Assembly: GCF_009834535.1 (NCBI RefSeq)
Contig: NC_045696.1
Coordinates: forward strand, 68,076,001-68,140,000
Length of the DNA stretch: 64,000 bases
Direction of reading: 5' to 3'
Source: Camelus ferus
Lineage: Eukaryota
Position 1 is the first letter of the stretch; every line of letters begins with the position of its first letter. The notes under the pieces are model-generated. The model was not told the DNA's origin. It searched no databases and was given only the letters and a program-made list of their open reading frames with translations. The translations under genes and the position numbers were made by a program. This document shows positions 1-12,240 of the stretch, one piece after another.

Positions 1-3000
1 TGGGTGGCTCGGGACAGCTGCTTCGCCTGGCACGTGTCTCTCAAACATGCATCGGGGAGGTCTGCCTTTTGTAGTTCTGTGTCCAGCTGCTCATTTTCCC
101 TGCATATCCACCCAAAACTTTCCCCCAGAAACTTGACAGGAGTGATGCCAAATTTCCTCTGTTTGGGGAAAAAGAAGAGGTACAGGGGAAGGAGTCTTCA
201 AATAGGGCTGGATCATGACCTTGTGATGGAATAAAGATTTGAGATCCAACTCAGCTACTGGTGGTGCCAGTTTCCCCATCACATGGGGCAACTCCATGAC
301 TTAGGGACACTGCTTTGCTATCCTGTACAAAAAAGAAACTAGAGGTTGGTGTTCAACAAATGAAACACAGCCTGAGGTGTGTTCTCCCTACATCGTATCC
401 ACTGATCAATTCCTCTCACCTCAACCCTTGGAGACACATGAACCCTCCTGGCCCTTTATTTGGACATCATGAAATCGAAACCCAGGTTGGTACTGAGATC
501 AGCTACTTAAATATAGCCATTCCTTGCATGCCTTGGCCCATGTTTGTAAATCTGTTACACATTAGCAAGTGTCCACCTGGCTACCAGCTACCCAGATACT
601 CCCACGAGAATCTTCCATGAATTCTTCAAAACTTTCCAGCCAGTGAATTTAAGGGGACTTCCCAGGTATCCTGTCATCCATCCTTAATGGTCTTACACTG
701 CATCAGAAGGTAAGAAGTAACTTCCATTGGGCATAAGCATATGAAGGCAGATGAGGGAAGTCCTTTCTTTTCTTTTTTTAAGCAATGCCCATAGGAGAGA
801 ACATATGATTTTTAAAATTCTTAAAAATTTTTTAAAAGCTGATGAATAACAGAGAGAGCTAGAATTAACTACTTTATTATAAAGACACGTTTCCCCCATA
901 TCTGTTTCATCAACATACTATAAAGACATTTTAATGTATTCATAATGGAAGTAGGAAGAGGTCTTAAATTACTGTGAAAAAGAAGAAGGAGATTCAGGTA
1001 ATGAGTACAGGTAATTCCTTCATTCGTACATCTGGCAAAAATGTACTGAGCAATTAGCCCGTGTAGGCACTATGCTGTGTGAAGTGTCTAGATACAGAGC
1101 TGAGTAACACATCAAGGCTGCCCTGAAAATACTCAGCCTAATAGGAGGTCATGGATAAGCAAATTATTAGACAAGTATTGGCACAGCAAAAGCCACGCCA
1201 TCCACTCCCGCTTCCCAGCCTCCTTACGGGCAGCCATGCACACCTTGCCTAAGCCAGCATCCCCGGACCGCTCGCACAGAAAGCTGCACACACACTTTAG
1301 TTCTCTTAGCACGTCTCCCAGGTGGAAGTGGTGGGAGGAAGATGAAGCACCTGATAGGTTAGTAATACACAGTGGAATCTCTTCCATGCTGAAGAAGGAG
1401 GGGGCGGACATAAAGATACAAAGGCACTTTTCCAGTAGCTTCAAGTCACTCCTCTTCCTCAGCTTTCAATTACTAGAAGGTACCAGACAGAGAGATGGGA
1501 GACCAAAGTACTGAGAATTCTCCAGCTCTTTCTGGCTCTACATACCACGGTACTGAATCCAGGTGAAGATCAAGGAGAACAAAGAGACGTGGGACCTTAC
1601 ACACCCTTACACATTTCAATCGCACTGAGACAGTCACAATTCACCCACACTTCCACCCACACAGCTCCCTCTCCAATAGGTCCCTGCCCGGCCTCTCCTT
1701 CTAGCTCACGTCTGCTCATCCTTAGATAAGGTGAGTTCTGCTTGCTCCAGCCACAGTGGCCACACAGCAGGTGCTTACAGAAATAGGCAAGACATCCCTG
1801 CCCTTTCTCCACTACTTTGCAAAAACAAAAAAACCAAACAAAACAAAACAAAAACGCTTTAACAGATCCCTTCCTAACTTTAGGAAGAAGCCCAAGAGAT
1901 CCAGTCTTCAGTTCCTTATCACCCAAGGTCCTCCAGCCCTGCCTTTCCAGCACACAGTCAGTGAGCTCCACTTGAAGGAGCCTGAGCATTCTCCAAAGCC
2001 CAGTTCAAGCCCAGCACTTTAGGAGCACAGGTCCCCACACTCTCGTTCGCTTTCCTCACACTGTCTGGTCTTGGACAGTCTATCTTTTCATGGGAGCGTG
2101 TCCTCCCACCCCTGGTGGACAGGAAGATACCGGTGGGTGGGTCCTCACCCTCAGGACGTCTGGCCATCGTGGCACGTTGGAGGCACTCAGAAACCACCAC
2201 AGCACAGCTGCCACAGCTGGAAGCAGACCGTACAAACTTAAAACTTCAGTGCCTCGCTCAGGCCCAATCTACAAATTTTTATCTCACGTACTTTTTATTG
2301 TTTATGACTGGGTCCTCCAATTAGATCCACAACATCTTGGCCGGTCGAATCCCCATCTGACAACCTCCCAATAGAGGCACACGATCTCTCCTTGAGCACC
2401 TCCAGTGATCAGAAGCCTTGCACCACCTGAAGCAGTCCACACCATTTTTAACATCTCTTATCATATGTTCTTAAATACTGAGTTCAATCTTTCCCCCTGG
2501 GCCTTTCAGTTAAATTCCTAAGGACCAGGGGGGGCGCAGTGGCACGTGACAACTAAGAGCGTGGACTTGGGGATCAAGCAGAACTGGGGCCACCTCCCAG
2601 CCTGCCACATGGGGGAAGGCATGGAACCCCGCAGGCCTCTCAGGGCTGCTAAAGAAGGAACGGAAATATCACTCAGGCAGCGTGCCCGGCGCAGTGCGCA
2701 CTCGATGAACAGCAGCTCTCATGGTCATTCGTTCTATTCCTGTTTCCCCTTCCAGCCTGCTGCAGAATCAGAGGGCTTGTTGCAGCCCTGACCCCTCCGT
2801 GATGCCCGCCCACCCTTCCGCAAGAGGTCTTTGCAAAGCCTCAGCCAACATCCCGTTCTGTTTGCTGCTGGTTAGCGTGACTAGAAGCAAGGGCTGACCA
2901 GACTTCCCATTAAAAACCCTGGCACTGAGAGGACAGTGAAAAATCAGAGGGAACGCAGATTCCTTACTACTGCCTTCAAGGGTGCTGTCCACCCACCACT

Positions 3001-3191
3001 CTGCAGAGGGAAGGACATTAGATGCCACGGCCCCTTGGAGCTGTGGACGGTGTCAAGTCTCTCCAGTCACAGCCCCAAACGCAGGGACCAGGAAGGAGGG
3101 CAGAGACGGGAGGGAAGGGGAGAGCAGCACGTGACCCCGTCTGTTCTCTGCACCCAGGCTGCCGAGTCCCTCGCCGCCCAGGGACACAGTC

Positions 3192-3225
3192 TTTATTTGG
3201 TTGTGTATCTTTGAAATATTTTATT
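3192..3225 (-). terminator. Tandem AATAAA polyadenylation signals (candidate 3' end)
   Basis: TTTATT at 3192-3197 and 3220-3225 inside an AT-rich island in GC-rich surroundings. Confidence 0.3.
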
Positions 3226-3790
3226 ATGAGCATGTACTGTGCTTAGAGCAATACTTAGAAAATGTGGGTTTGTTTTTTTGCTTTCAGTTCTTCCTGAGGG
3301 ATTGAGAGGAGGTTCGGGAAGAGGAGACATCTGTGCCACCTTCTGAGGGACGAGCAGATGCTCACCAGTTAGAAACAAAGGGCCCTGAGCCAAGAAGAAA
3401 GCACAAGTGAAGACACACAGGCGTGCGAGACGGGGTGACCAGTGACACACTCGTGGTGGCTGGAGCATAGAGTGTGACGGGCAGGGGATGGCAGAAGATG
3501 CTCCTAGAACCGTGGCAAAGGTGGAGGTGTGCCCAGGGAGGGATTTTACCCACAGGCCATGGGAGAAGGAGAGAAGGCAGGCGGCCAGCCGGGAGGAGAC
3601 ACACCCGCCCTAAAGCAGAGGCGGGGATCACTGAAGCCCGGGCAGAGCAGGGACAAAACTGGAAGGTAAGTGTTTTCCCACTGAGTTCTGCTCACGAAAC
3701 AATCCTCCTTCAAGGATCCTTCTCCTAGCAAGGCTGTGCATATGTTTGTGCCTAGATACAAAATTAATTAGAAAGTCAAACCAACACATT

Positions 3791-3796
3791 TTTATT
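3791..3796 (-). terminator. AATAAA with downstream GU/U-rich element (candidate proximal poly(A) site)
   Basis: Minus strand reads acAATAAAaatgtgttggtttgactttctaattaattttgt. Confidence 0.3.
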
Positions 3797-4949
3797 GTCC
3801 CAGGCATTAACGGAGGCCGTTCTGACTCCCTCCTAAAACTAGACCCAGCCAGCCCTCTGTGCTGCCTCCCAAGTCACTCTTGAGTGTCAGGCACAGACAC
3901 CAGGCACAGGAACAGCCTGTGGGTACCATTCTGTCCAGTGGACCCAAGGCAGGAGGCTGAGTGCATGAGGAGGAAGAGGAAGAAAGCCTTACATGTAGGG
4001 AACGTGGGAGGTCAGATAAGACAGGGCCGGGATGGTCCCTTCTCCAGCCGGAGGTCATGATCCTGGAGAGAAGAGGCCGCAGAGAGGCTGTGCTGAAGTC
4101 CTGTGCATGCCTGGCTTCCCAGCAGGATGAGACATGGGGTTCCCGTAAACCAGAAGGAACAGCGCTGGCAGGAGACACTCAGACCCACTCAAGACGGATT
4201 TAAGTGGAACTATGAAAAAAAGGGAGGAACCTGGAAGCACAGAGCTTGCTTTGAACAAAACACGTGTGTCTCAGACATGGGCACCCCAGGAGGACAGGGA
4301 CTCCGCAACCACAGGGGAAACCAGGACACAGAGGCCATCTCTCCCAGCCTCCAGGGGCCCTGGGGCCAAGGCGGGAAATGAGCTGCAGAGCTGAGGTGGG
4401 AGCCCAGGAGGAGATCGCAGGGCTGGCTTGTGCAGGGCTGCCCGTCTGAGGTTCACATACGAGCCAGAGAGAGAGGCTGCTGTAGAAGATTCAGCACAGC
4501 CTTCCAGGGGCAGATTCAAAAGCCCTGGGGCTGAGCCCGCTTCCTCGATCAACAGCGAAGGGAGGACTGTGGCTATGCAGGGCCCACCTCAACGCTCTCA
4601 GAATGTCTTTTTCTTTCTTGGTGGTCATACATGTCTGCATGCCCATAGGGCCAGCGATCTGCAACCCTGACGGGCTCTCGCCATCACCCCGCTGCTGCGA
4701 CGCTTCCTCTGCATACTGTGCGCACACCCACACGGCGCTGCTGCACCCGCTGCCCCAGCCTGGTTTGCATGTCTGCTTCCTGTGTCGACCACAACCTCCC
4801 AGATGGCCGAAAGAGTACCTGATTCACCTTCTTCGCCCAGACCCAGGACAGGCAGACAATGGACGTGGAGTCGACACGTGTCCTCTGCCCCACAGTCGGC
4901 CATGCACCAAGCAAAACCTTGTGCCTGATGGATTCTCACTCTGACTCAC

Positions 4950-5085
4950 CAACAGCGTGACCCAGAGGTGAGGGAACCAAAGAGATCACTCGGGATGGCA
5001 TTCCAGCCACGGAAGAGGGAGGTTTGATGCGGTGGGCAGAACACAAACACTGGAAGAATGACACTGTATTGTCTTGAGGGAAGAT
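4950..5085 (-). other. Candidate 136-nt exon
   Basis: tatccctttcttcag|ATCTTC...GCTGTTG|gtgagt. No recognisable protein in any frame. Confidence 0.3.
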
Positions 5086-5506
5086 CTGAAGAAAGGGATA
5101 GTCCAAGACCCTGGAAAAGCAAGTGGCAGCAAGCAGCCAGGTGCCCAGGTAGCCCTGGGGCAGCAGAGAAGAGAGCAGTCAAGATGTGCAGAGGAAGGAA
5201 AACATGGGGCTCGGCCTAAATGGGCTACAGTGTGAGGGGAACCTGCCAGAGGAAGGAGGAGGAGCACGGGGGGAGAGGCGCTGGGAGGGGCACAGAGGCC
5301 CTTCCCATGGGCATGCGGTGCACTTGACGGGGGACAGACTTCCCAAAGCGCCTCGCTCCCTGGTCTGTGAAATGAGCTGAACCCCAGAGGTCTCTCCAAG
5401 CACAGACTGGCTATGAAGCAACGAGAGAGCCGGGACACTCCAGGAGCACCGCCACCGCCAAGACACCCCTGTCGAAGTGAGACCACAAGAGCCTCGCTCG
5501 TCTCAC

Positions 5507-5579
5507 CCGTGTGAACTGAGGGTGCTGCAGTGTCCACCCCATCGAGCCCCCAGACCCACCCGTGCCAAAAGATCCATGG
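5507..5579 (-). other. Candidate 73-nt exon
   Basis: ctcttttcctttcacag|CCATGG...ACACGG|gtgaga. Confidence 0.25.
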
Positions 5580-7286
5580 CTGTGAAAGGAAAAGAGTGTG
5601 CACTGGACCAGCCCGGGCCAGGCAACATCTTCATGGACTCTTACACCCGACACAATCGTCACACACACAGCCACAGCCTCCCAGCACCCCTGTCCTGCCT
5701 GGGCAGCAGCCATCACCGTCCTCCCCCCGAGGCAGCTCCACCTCTCCATCTCTCATGCCTCTGCCACTCTCTGGAGCCCCCCCCCCCCCCCGTAATACAC
5801 CACCACGCAAGTCTCCGGTATTTCAGCATCAGGAAGCACCTTCCCACAGACAAGTACCTCCATCCTGGATCCAGACAGAAACAGACAACATCAACATAAT
5901 CACCATCACCACTCCCATTTTACAGGTAAGGAAACTGAGGCTCGGGGGAGCCCTTCTCTTTATCTTCCTGAGGACCACCTTGATCTCTAGCCAGGCCTCT
6001 CCCAGAACCAATCATGAGAAATACAGCAATCATGTCCAGTACCTTTCTAATCTAATCTCCTTGCTGTTAAATAAACACAGAAACCAAGGTGCCAGGTCAA
6101 TCCAGGGTTCCAATCACTGCACCATCTTTCACCCTCCTATGCTGGTCTAGAGTGCAGAACTGTGACTATGTCTCAAGGCCCCAGTCCAAGGCAGATGCCA
6201 TCACTCTGGCCAAGCTCCAATGCTGGTACCCACTTTACTTCAACCAGCTCTCCCTCCCAGTCCTGGTGGTTCTCCACTGGTGGGGACCCAGATATGGGAG
6301 TGAGGACATCTCTCCTGGGTTGTGAGCAAGCCCCTCTCTGGGCTGGCCAGCCCAGTCCACCAACACCAGACCACCCCCAAGCCTACTGCCCCTTCCAACG
6401 CTAAGCCTCAGGCACCCAACTCCTTCTGCTGGCCTCTTCTCATTAAGAATCATTCCCCATCAACCCAACACTTGGACTTACTAGACAAATTTCCACTCCT
6501 TCCCAATTTCTGTCTTTCCTCTTGCTCATTATGCTCTTCTATTACATAGACTAAGTTTACCTGCTTCAAATTATCGCTCAGAGAGGTCAGGTGACTTGCC
6601 CAAGACCACAAGCTAAAAAGTGACAAAGTTGGGACTTGAACTCAGCTCTTCTAATTCCAAGCCATGTGTCTCTTCTACTAATTCCCACGTTCTCTTAATT
6701 GCAGAGCTCAGGGAGCCACCTATGCAGGAAAGGGTGCGGACCACATCTTACTCTCTTTAGCAATACGAATGGCAGTGAGAGCTACCATTCAGAGTGAGGA
6801 CAGGGTACATGCTCGGTGCCCTACCAGCAGTCTTAGGAGGTGTTACTGTTCTCATTTTCGGATGAGAAAGTGAAAAAGTAATTTACTCAAGTCAGACTAG
6901 CTGAAGCGCCTGCCTTAGATCACCACAGTGCTACACCACCGCTGGCTCAAATGCAATTCGCAGTGCACAGCAGTCATCGAAAAGTTGGGTTAGCTGCATA
7001 AGAAAATGTAGCTGGAGAGAGCTAAACAGAAGACCCTAAAAAACAAATCTGTGACCAGACTAGGCAAAGCTGGTGAAACCAAATCACCACTATGCAGTAG
7101 AACTAATAATGTTGCTCCTGCACCGTCTCTGGAGACAGCGTGGAGCTGACTTCAAGCCAGGATTCCTGGTTTTGTCTCCAGCTTCGTCCCTGACGGCTGT
7201 GCGACTCTGGGCAAGTCCTTTCCACCTATCTCCGGGTCTCATTCCCCCATCTATAAAAAACAAACAGACCAGCAGTTGGACTAGGT

Positions 7287-7428
7287 CAGTGGTTCTCATC
7301 AGCATTGACACAACCCATGAGCTTGTCGGAAATGCAGATTCATGATCCACTGCATCAGCATCTGTGGGATGGGGTCCAGCAAACCCTCCAGGATGACTCT
7401 GGTGTTCCTGTGAGTCTGAGAACCCCTA
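7287..7428. mobile_element. MER5A-like hAT MITE inside a MIR
   Basis: Terminal CAGTGGTTCTCA ... TGAGAACCCCT, internal gaaatgcagattc and gggatggggtccagc. Confidence 0.75.
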
Positions 7429-7829
7429 AACTGGATGACCTATCTGATCCTTCCAGCCCTCTGAGAACCACTGTGAGAACCTGAAGCCTCCTCAATTCAG
7501 CATCATCAAAGTCCTCCCAATTTTGCCACTGATTTCGATCTGGCATGAACCGAAGTCAGCGGGCTCTGTGGTCTGGCCATGTCCGACACCTCCTCCTGTG
7601 ATGAATACAGAAAGCCCCAAGGAACAGACAGTTGACTCCACCGCACTTCTCCTTCCCACTTACCAACTCAGCAGTGTGCATCCTGCCACTATACTAAAAA
7701 GATAAGACTGAGAGACATTACCAAGCAAGCCCAACCACGAGCACTGTGCCTCCTGGCACCACCTTTCAAAACACTGGAAAGAGATCTGTGTAAATTATTA
7801 AAAACACATTGTTTGCAGAGACATGAAGA

Positions 7830-8030
7830 AGTGGGCATACACTACCAATGCTTATCCCTGAGGGGATCTCGGGGTTAAGGGGCTCTCCAATGTATCTGCA
7901 ATGTTGTATTTCATTAAAAGTGTCTGAAGAAGTTACGGGAAAATGTTATTATGTACTAAATCTAGATGGTGGAAAATCTGGATTTCTGTTATCATCTCTT
8001 ATATACTTGAAATATTTTTAAATTAAAAAG
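7830..8030 (+). mobile_element. Old L1 (L1ME-like) 3' end fragment
   Basis: Degenerate 3'-UTR-like sequence (gaaaatgtta...aaatctagatggtgg...tatacttgaaatattttt...aaaaag). Confidence 0.5.
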
Positions 8031-8768
8031 AAAAATAATTACTGCAGCGAATGTATAATTGTCAGTAGGGAGAAGTGTCACAATGATAGTAGATGACACA
8101 AAACAGCAGGCTGCACCAGGAACAAGACCACGAGTGGCCCTCACCAGAGCACCAGCTACGAAAAAACGAGCCATGAAGGAGAGCAAGCCAGCATCAGTGC
8201 TGGAACAGTCTGAAAGCAAAACTGCCGGGTGGGGTTCAACTCTATGATCTAGAGAAAGTTAATGTGAATAAAACTCCAAAAATATAAAGTCCATCTTTTC
8301 ATGCCTTTGGGGGGAAAAAAAAAACTGGAAGACTTATCCCTAAGGGAAGTTTGTAAGGGACAGCCATATACCTGGGTGCCTTTGGAAGCCCAGAGATCTC
8401 CCTTCACTGCCAAGCCAGCTGACGGAACGAGAGAGCATTTGCTTTACACAACCATGACACATGCAAATGAAACAAAACATTTCTTGCTTAGTCCTGCTGT
8501 GTCAAAGAAAAAAAAAAAAAAAAAAAAACTCCAGATAAACCTTACAAGTATGAAAACATATCCCAAAGAATTCTCTATTCTCTGTGCAGACTATTGACAA
8601 ATGGACTATTCATTGCTGTAACCCTGAAACAGGGTGTGCAAGTCTACTGTGGAGTGAATGAATGAATGAATGAATGGGCACCCTCTCAGTGCTGGTAGTG
8701 GAGTGACCTAGAGATGAACAAGTTAAAATCCTAGTCTAAGGAAACCAAGTTTGAGTGTAGTATAGATG

Positions 8769-8840
8769 ATCCATCCATCATCCTGTCCATCATCCATCCA
8801 TCCATCCATGTTTTTATCCAACCATTCATGCATCTGACCA
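8769..8840. repeat. (TCCA)n imperfect tetranucleotide repeat
   Basis: ccatccatca tcctgtccat catccatcca tccatccatg. A (TGAA)n repeat lies nearby at 8655-8674. Confidence 0.85.
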
Positions 8841-9261
8841 TCCACTCAACAAGTATATGCTATATGTCTGCCAAATTCCAGACAGAAATGAATGCACTGA
8901 AGAAGTTAAAGACCCAAGTAATCCAAACACATGGATAACCACAAGAGAAGGTAAACGGCGCTCAGTGCCCTGCACGCAGTCCAGATAGAGAGCCATGGGA
9001 GATCATAAGAGGAAGGGATTGTTCCCTGTTTAGGGCAAAGGGTGGAAATCAAGGCCTGCTTCATGGAGGAGGTGCTGGACCTTGAAGATGAATTTGGATT
9101 CAAACAGGTGATGACGGCAGAGAGCAGCAATCCAGACTGAGAAAATGCTGCGACAAAGGCAAGGAAAAGAATAGAGGTTAAGTTCCAAAAGTCAGCTGGT
9201 CCCATTCAACACAACCATAAATGGCAGGATAAGAAGGATATACGTGGAGACAGTAAAAAGA

Positions 9262-9630
9262 TCAGTGGGTGCCAAGTGTTGGGGTGGGAGGTAGGTATGA
9301 ACAGGCCGATGACAGAATTTTTAGGGCAGTGAAATACTCTGTATGACATAATGATGGATACATGTCATTAGACATTTGTCCAAACCCAGAGAAAGTACAA
9401 CACTGAGAGTGAGCGCTTATACAAACTCCGGACTTCGGATGATAATGATGTGTCAAGGCAGGGTTCATCATCAATTGTAACAAAGGTACCACTCCGGTGG
9501 GAGCTGCTGATAATGGAGGAGGCTGTGCACATGTGAGAGCAAGGGGTGTATGGGAAATCTCTGTCCTTTCCCTTCAGTTTTGCTGTGAACATAAAACTAC
9601 TGTGAAAAATGAGGTCCTTAAAATTTTTTT
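9262..9630 (+). mobile_element. L1MB/MC-type 3' end
   Basis: Typical 3'UTR motifs: ttttagggcagtgaaatactctgtatg, catttgtccaaaccc, gtaacaaaggtaccactc, tatgggaaatctctgtcctttccc, ttttgctgtgaac. Confidence 0.75.
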
Positions 9631-9859
9631 AAATGTTTTAAGGATATACAGAGGATTGTGCCACTGCCTTCACTGCCCTCAGCTTCTTCTCCACCCAGCC
9701 CCCCACGGGAGATGGCCTCCCTCCATGTCTCCTGGCACTGAGCACAGCGCTGCACACCTGCTCGCCTCCTCCCACTTCCCGGCTCCCAGGCCATCTCCAC
9801 CGCCACATCCGTGTCTTCCTCCTGGGTACCAGCGCCTGCCGCAGGCTTAACTGTACTTA

Positions 9860-10031
9860 NNNNNNNNNNNNNNNNNNNNNNNNNNNNNNNNNNNNNNNNN
9901 NNNNNNNNNNNNNNNNNNNNNNNNNNNNNNNNNNNNNNNNNNNNNNNNNNNNNNNNNNNNNNNNNNNNNNNNNNNNNNNNNNNNNNNNNNNNNNNNNNNN
10001 NNNNNNNNNNNNNNNNNNNNNNNNNNNNNNN
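9860..10031. other. Assembly gap (172 N)
   Basis: N run. Confidence 1.
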
Positions 10032-10581
10032 ATATCTGCTTATCAGAAACTCAAACACTCAAACAGATTTCCTTATGAATGACTTTTCTTGTTTTGCATC
10101 AAAGTGTTCCCATCTTCCTGAAATAAGTTCTAAGGATAAAGTTTCTTAATTTTGAAGGCTTCTTTTTTCACATATTGAAAACCTGCTACATTTCGGGCTA
10201 TGCTAAAAGCAAGTACCTTGGGTCACTTAACTTTCACAAGGTAAATACTTGTACTGTGAAGTATCACTGACCACTGAACCCACTTTACAGGGAAGGAAAC
10301 TGAGGCGTATAGTGGAAGAGCCTGGATTGAAAGTTGACAGTTGCTCACGCATCCATCCCACAACAGGGACAAGATCAGGGCATTTCCACAATCCTTTTTT
10401 CACCTTCTCTGGGCTGCCACCTTCATCCAACATCATCACTCTCCATTTGGGAGCCTCAGTCTCCTCCCTGGAAACAAGGAAGCTGGATAATGGTGGTATT
10501 TAAGCCCTGCTTTGCCAGAGCCCCTTCAAACAGAAAAAGCAGGGAAGATGGGTCCCATCCTACCCCATTTCATCCACTCAC

Positions 10582-10649
10582 AGCCGCTCCAGTTTATTCG
10601 TTCAGCATTACAGGTTGTAACAGTCTTTTCTACAAGAATCCTTCCCTAG
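10582..10649 (-). other. Candidate 64/68-nt exon with tandem acceptors
   Basis: (TTTTC)n tract, then ttag|CTAG|GGAAGG...GCGGCT|gtgagt. Confidence 0.3.
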
Positions 10650-10699
10650 CTAATTTAAAAAAAGAAAAGAAAAGAAAAGAAAGTTTTAGTCACCCTAGG

Positions 10700-10994
10700 C
10701 TACAGAGATATCAATTAAATGCAATGTGGGCTGGGCTGCATCCTGCAAAAGAAAGAGGACATGAATGGAAAAACTGGTGAAATCTAAACAGAGTCTGGAG
10801 TTGAGGTAACAGTGATGTACCACTGTCAGTTTCTTTGTCTTGACAAATGTACCACAGTCATGTAAGATGTCAAAATGAGATAAACGGAGTGAGGGGCATA
10901 TGGAAATTGTCTGTACAATATTTACAACTATTCTGTAAACCTGAAACTGTTCCAAAATGAGAAGTTTATTTTAAAAGACAAAAAAAAAAAAAAA
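10700..10994 (+). mobile_element. L1MB/MC-type 3' end with poly(A)
   Basis: aactaaatgcaatgtg-like start, ggaaaaactggtgaaatc, ttgacaaatgtaccacagtcatgtaagatg, aactattctgtaaacctgaaactgttccaaaat, then an A15 tail. Confidence 0.75.
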
Positions 10995-11543
10995 CCCTCC
11001 AAAAAAAAACTAACATCTTTTCCAAATCACAATTTTCTGACTTTATAAATATAACCCACAGTAACAGTAGCTAATATTTCATGAGTGTTTAGCATGTGGC
11101 AAGTTCTATTTTAAGGGCTTGTTATGTATTAACTCACTTAATCCTCACAACAAGGAGACAGGTCCGTTTCTTATTCTCTCTATGGATGAGGCAAAAACCT
11201 GAAGAGACTGAGTAACAAGTCGAGGTGGTAATGGTGCAGCCTGGCAGAGCCAGGATGCAGTCTAGCTCGAGCCCAGCGCTACACAGATCAAAGCTTTCAA
11301 AATATTCCTGGATTTTTCAAGGAAGCATATGTAACTGGGAAAACCCAAAAAACTAATCACAAAGACCGAGGTGAGGATTATTTTTTAATACAAAGAAGAA
11401 GACGACAAAGGACTTGCAAGGTAAATTCCTAACTTTGGAAGATCTTCCCTGGAGTGGAACGAAACCTCACTGCCGTTACTAACGGCATTTCCACGTGTGA
11501 AGGACGTCTCTGGGCTTGTGCTGTGTCCCTGACACGCCATTCT

Positions 11544-11835
11544 TTTATTTATTGTTTTTTCTTTATTAAAGTATAGTCAGTTTACAATGTGTTACCTTCT
11601 GATGTACAGCATAGTGATTCTTTACACACATATACATACATATTCCTGTTCATATTCTTTTTCATTATACGCCATTAGAAGGTATTGAATATAGTTCCCT
11701 GTGCTATACAGTAAGACCTTGTTTATCTATTTTATATACAGTAGTTAGTATCTGCAAATCCTGAACTCCTAATTTATCCCTCCACGCCTCCCCTTTCTTC
11801 CCTGGTAATCCTAAATTTGTTTTCTATGTCTGTGA
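11544..11835 (-). mobile_element. 5'-truncated artiodactyl/camelid L1 3' end with 19-bp TSD
   Basis: T-rich tail, then ttgaatatagttccctgtgctatacagta...gtatctgcaaatcctgaactcctaatttatccc. Flanked by GTCCCTGACACGCCATTCT (11525-11543) and GTCCCTGACACACCACTCT (11836-11854). Confidence 0.9.
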
Positions 11836-12151
11836 GTCCCTGACACACCACTCTTGATGATTTGCACCACCAGCACATGTTATGGCTTCTGGTCTCCCCC
11901 TTCACAAAAGTGTCTGTCCAGGTAGATGGTGAAATGAAACAGGTAGGTCTGCAAAACAAGCTTAAGCTTTCCAAGTGATTAGTTTTCCTAGAGGCTTAAG
12001 AATCCACGCCAAGAACCTAACAGTGCATTACTCAGTTCTAGAGAGCAAAAAACCTTCTTCTCCAATTTATAATTTTCCTCACTGGCTGTGGTTTCCACCA
12101 AGTGTCAAAGAGAAGTCAGAAAACTTCTCACTTCCAAGGTGGGCTCCCAGA

Positions 12152-12240
12152 GGGAAGGGAAATGGCTGAGTGGTAGAGCATGCTTAGCATGCATGAAGTC
12201 CTCGGTTCAATCCCCAGTACCTCCATTAAAAGAAAAAAAA
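12152..12240 (+). mobile_element. tRNA-derived SINE (camelid Vic-1-like)
   Basis: A-box-like GCTGAGTGGTAGAG, GCTTAGCATGCA, B-box-like GGTTCAATCCC, then CAGTACCTCCA and an A-rich tail. Confidence 0.85.

Noticed and set aside
4986-6150. 205-206 aa ORFs on both strands
   Set aside because: No recognisable homology, low-complexity composition, partly MIR-derived, and the overlap on opposite strands is typical of chance in GC-rich DNA.
8145-8209. 65-nt minus-strand exon-like segment (ttgctttcag|ACTG...CTG|gtgagg)
   Set aside because: Short pyrimidine tract, no recognisable peptide, indistinguishable from intronic pseudo-exons.
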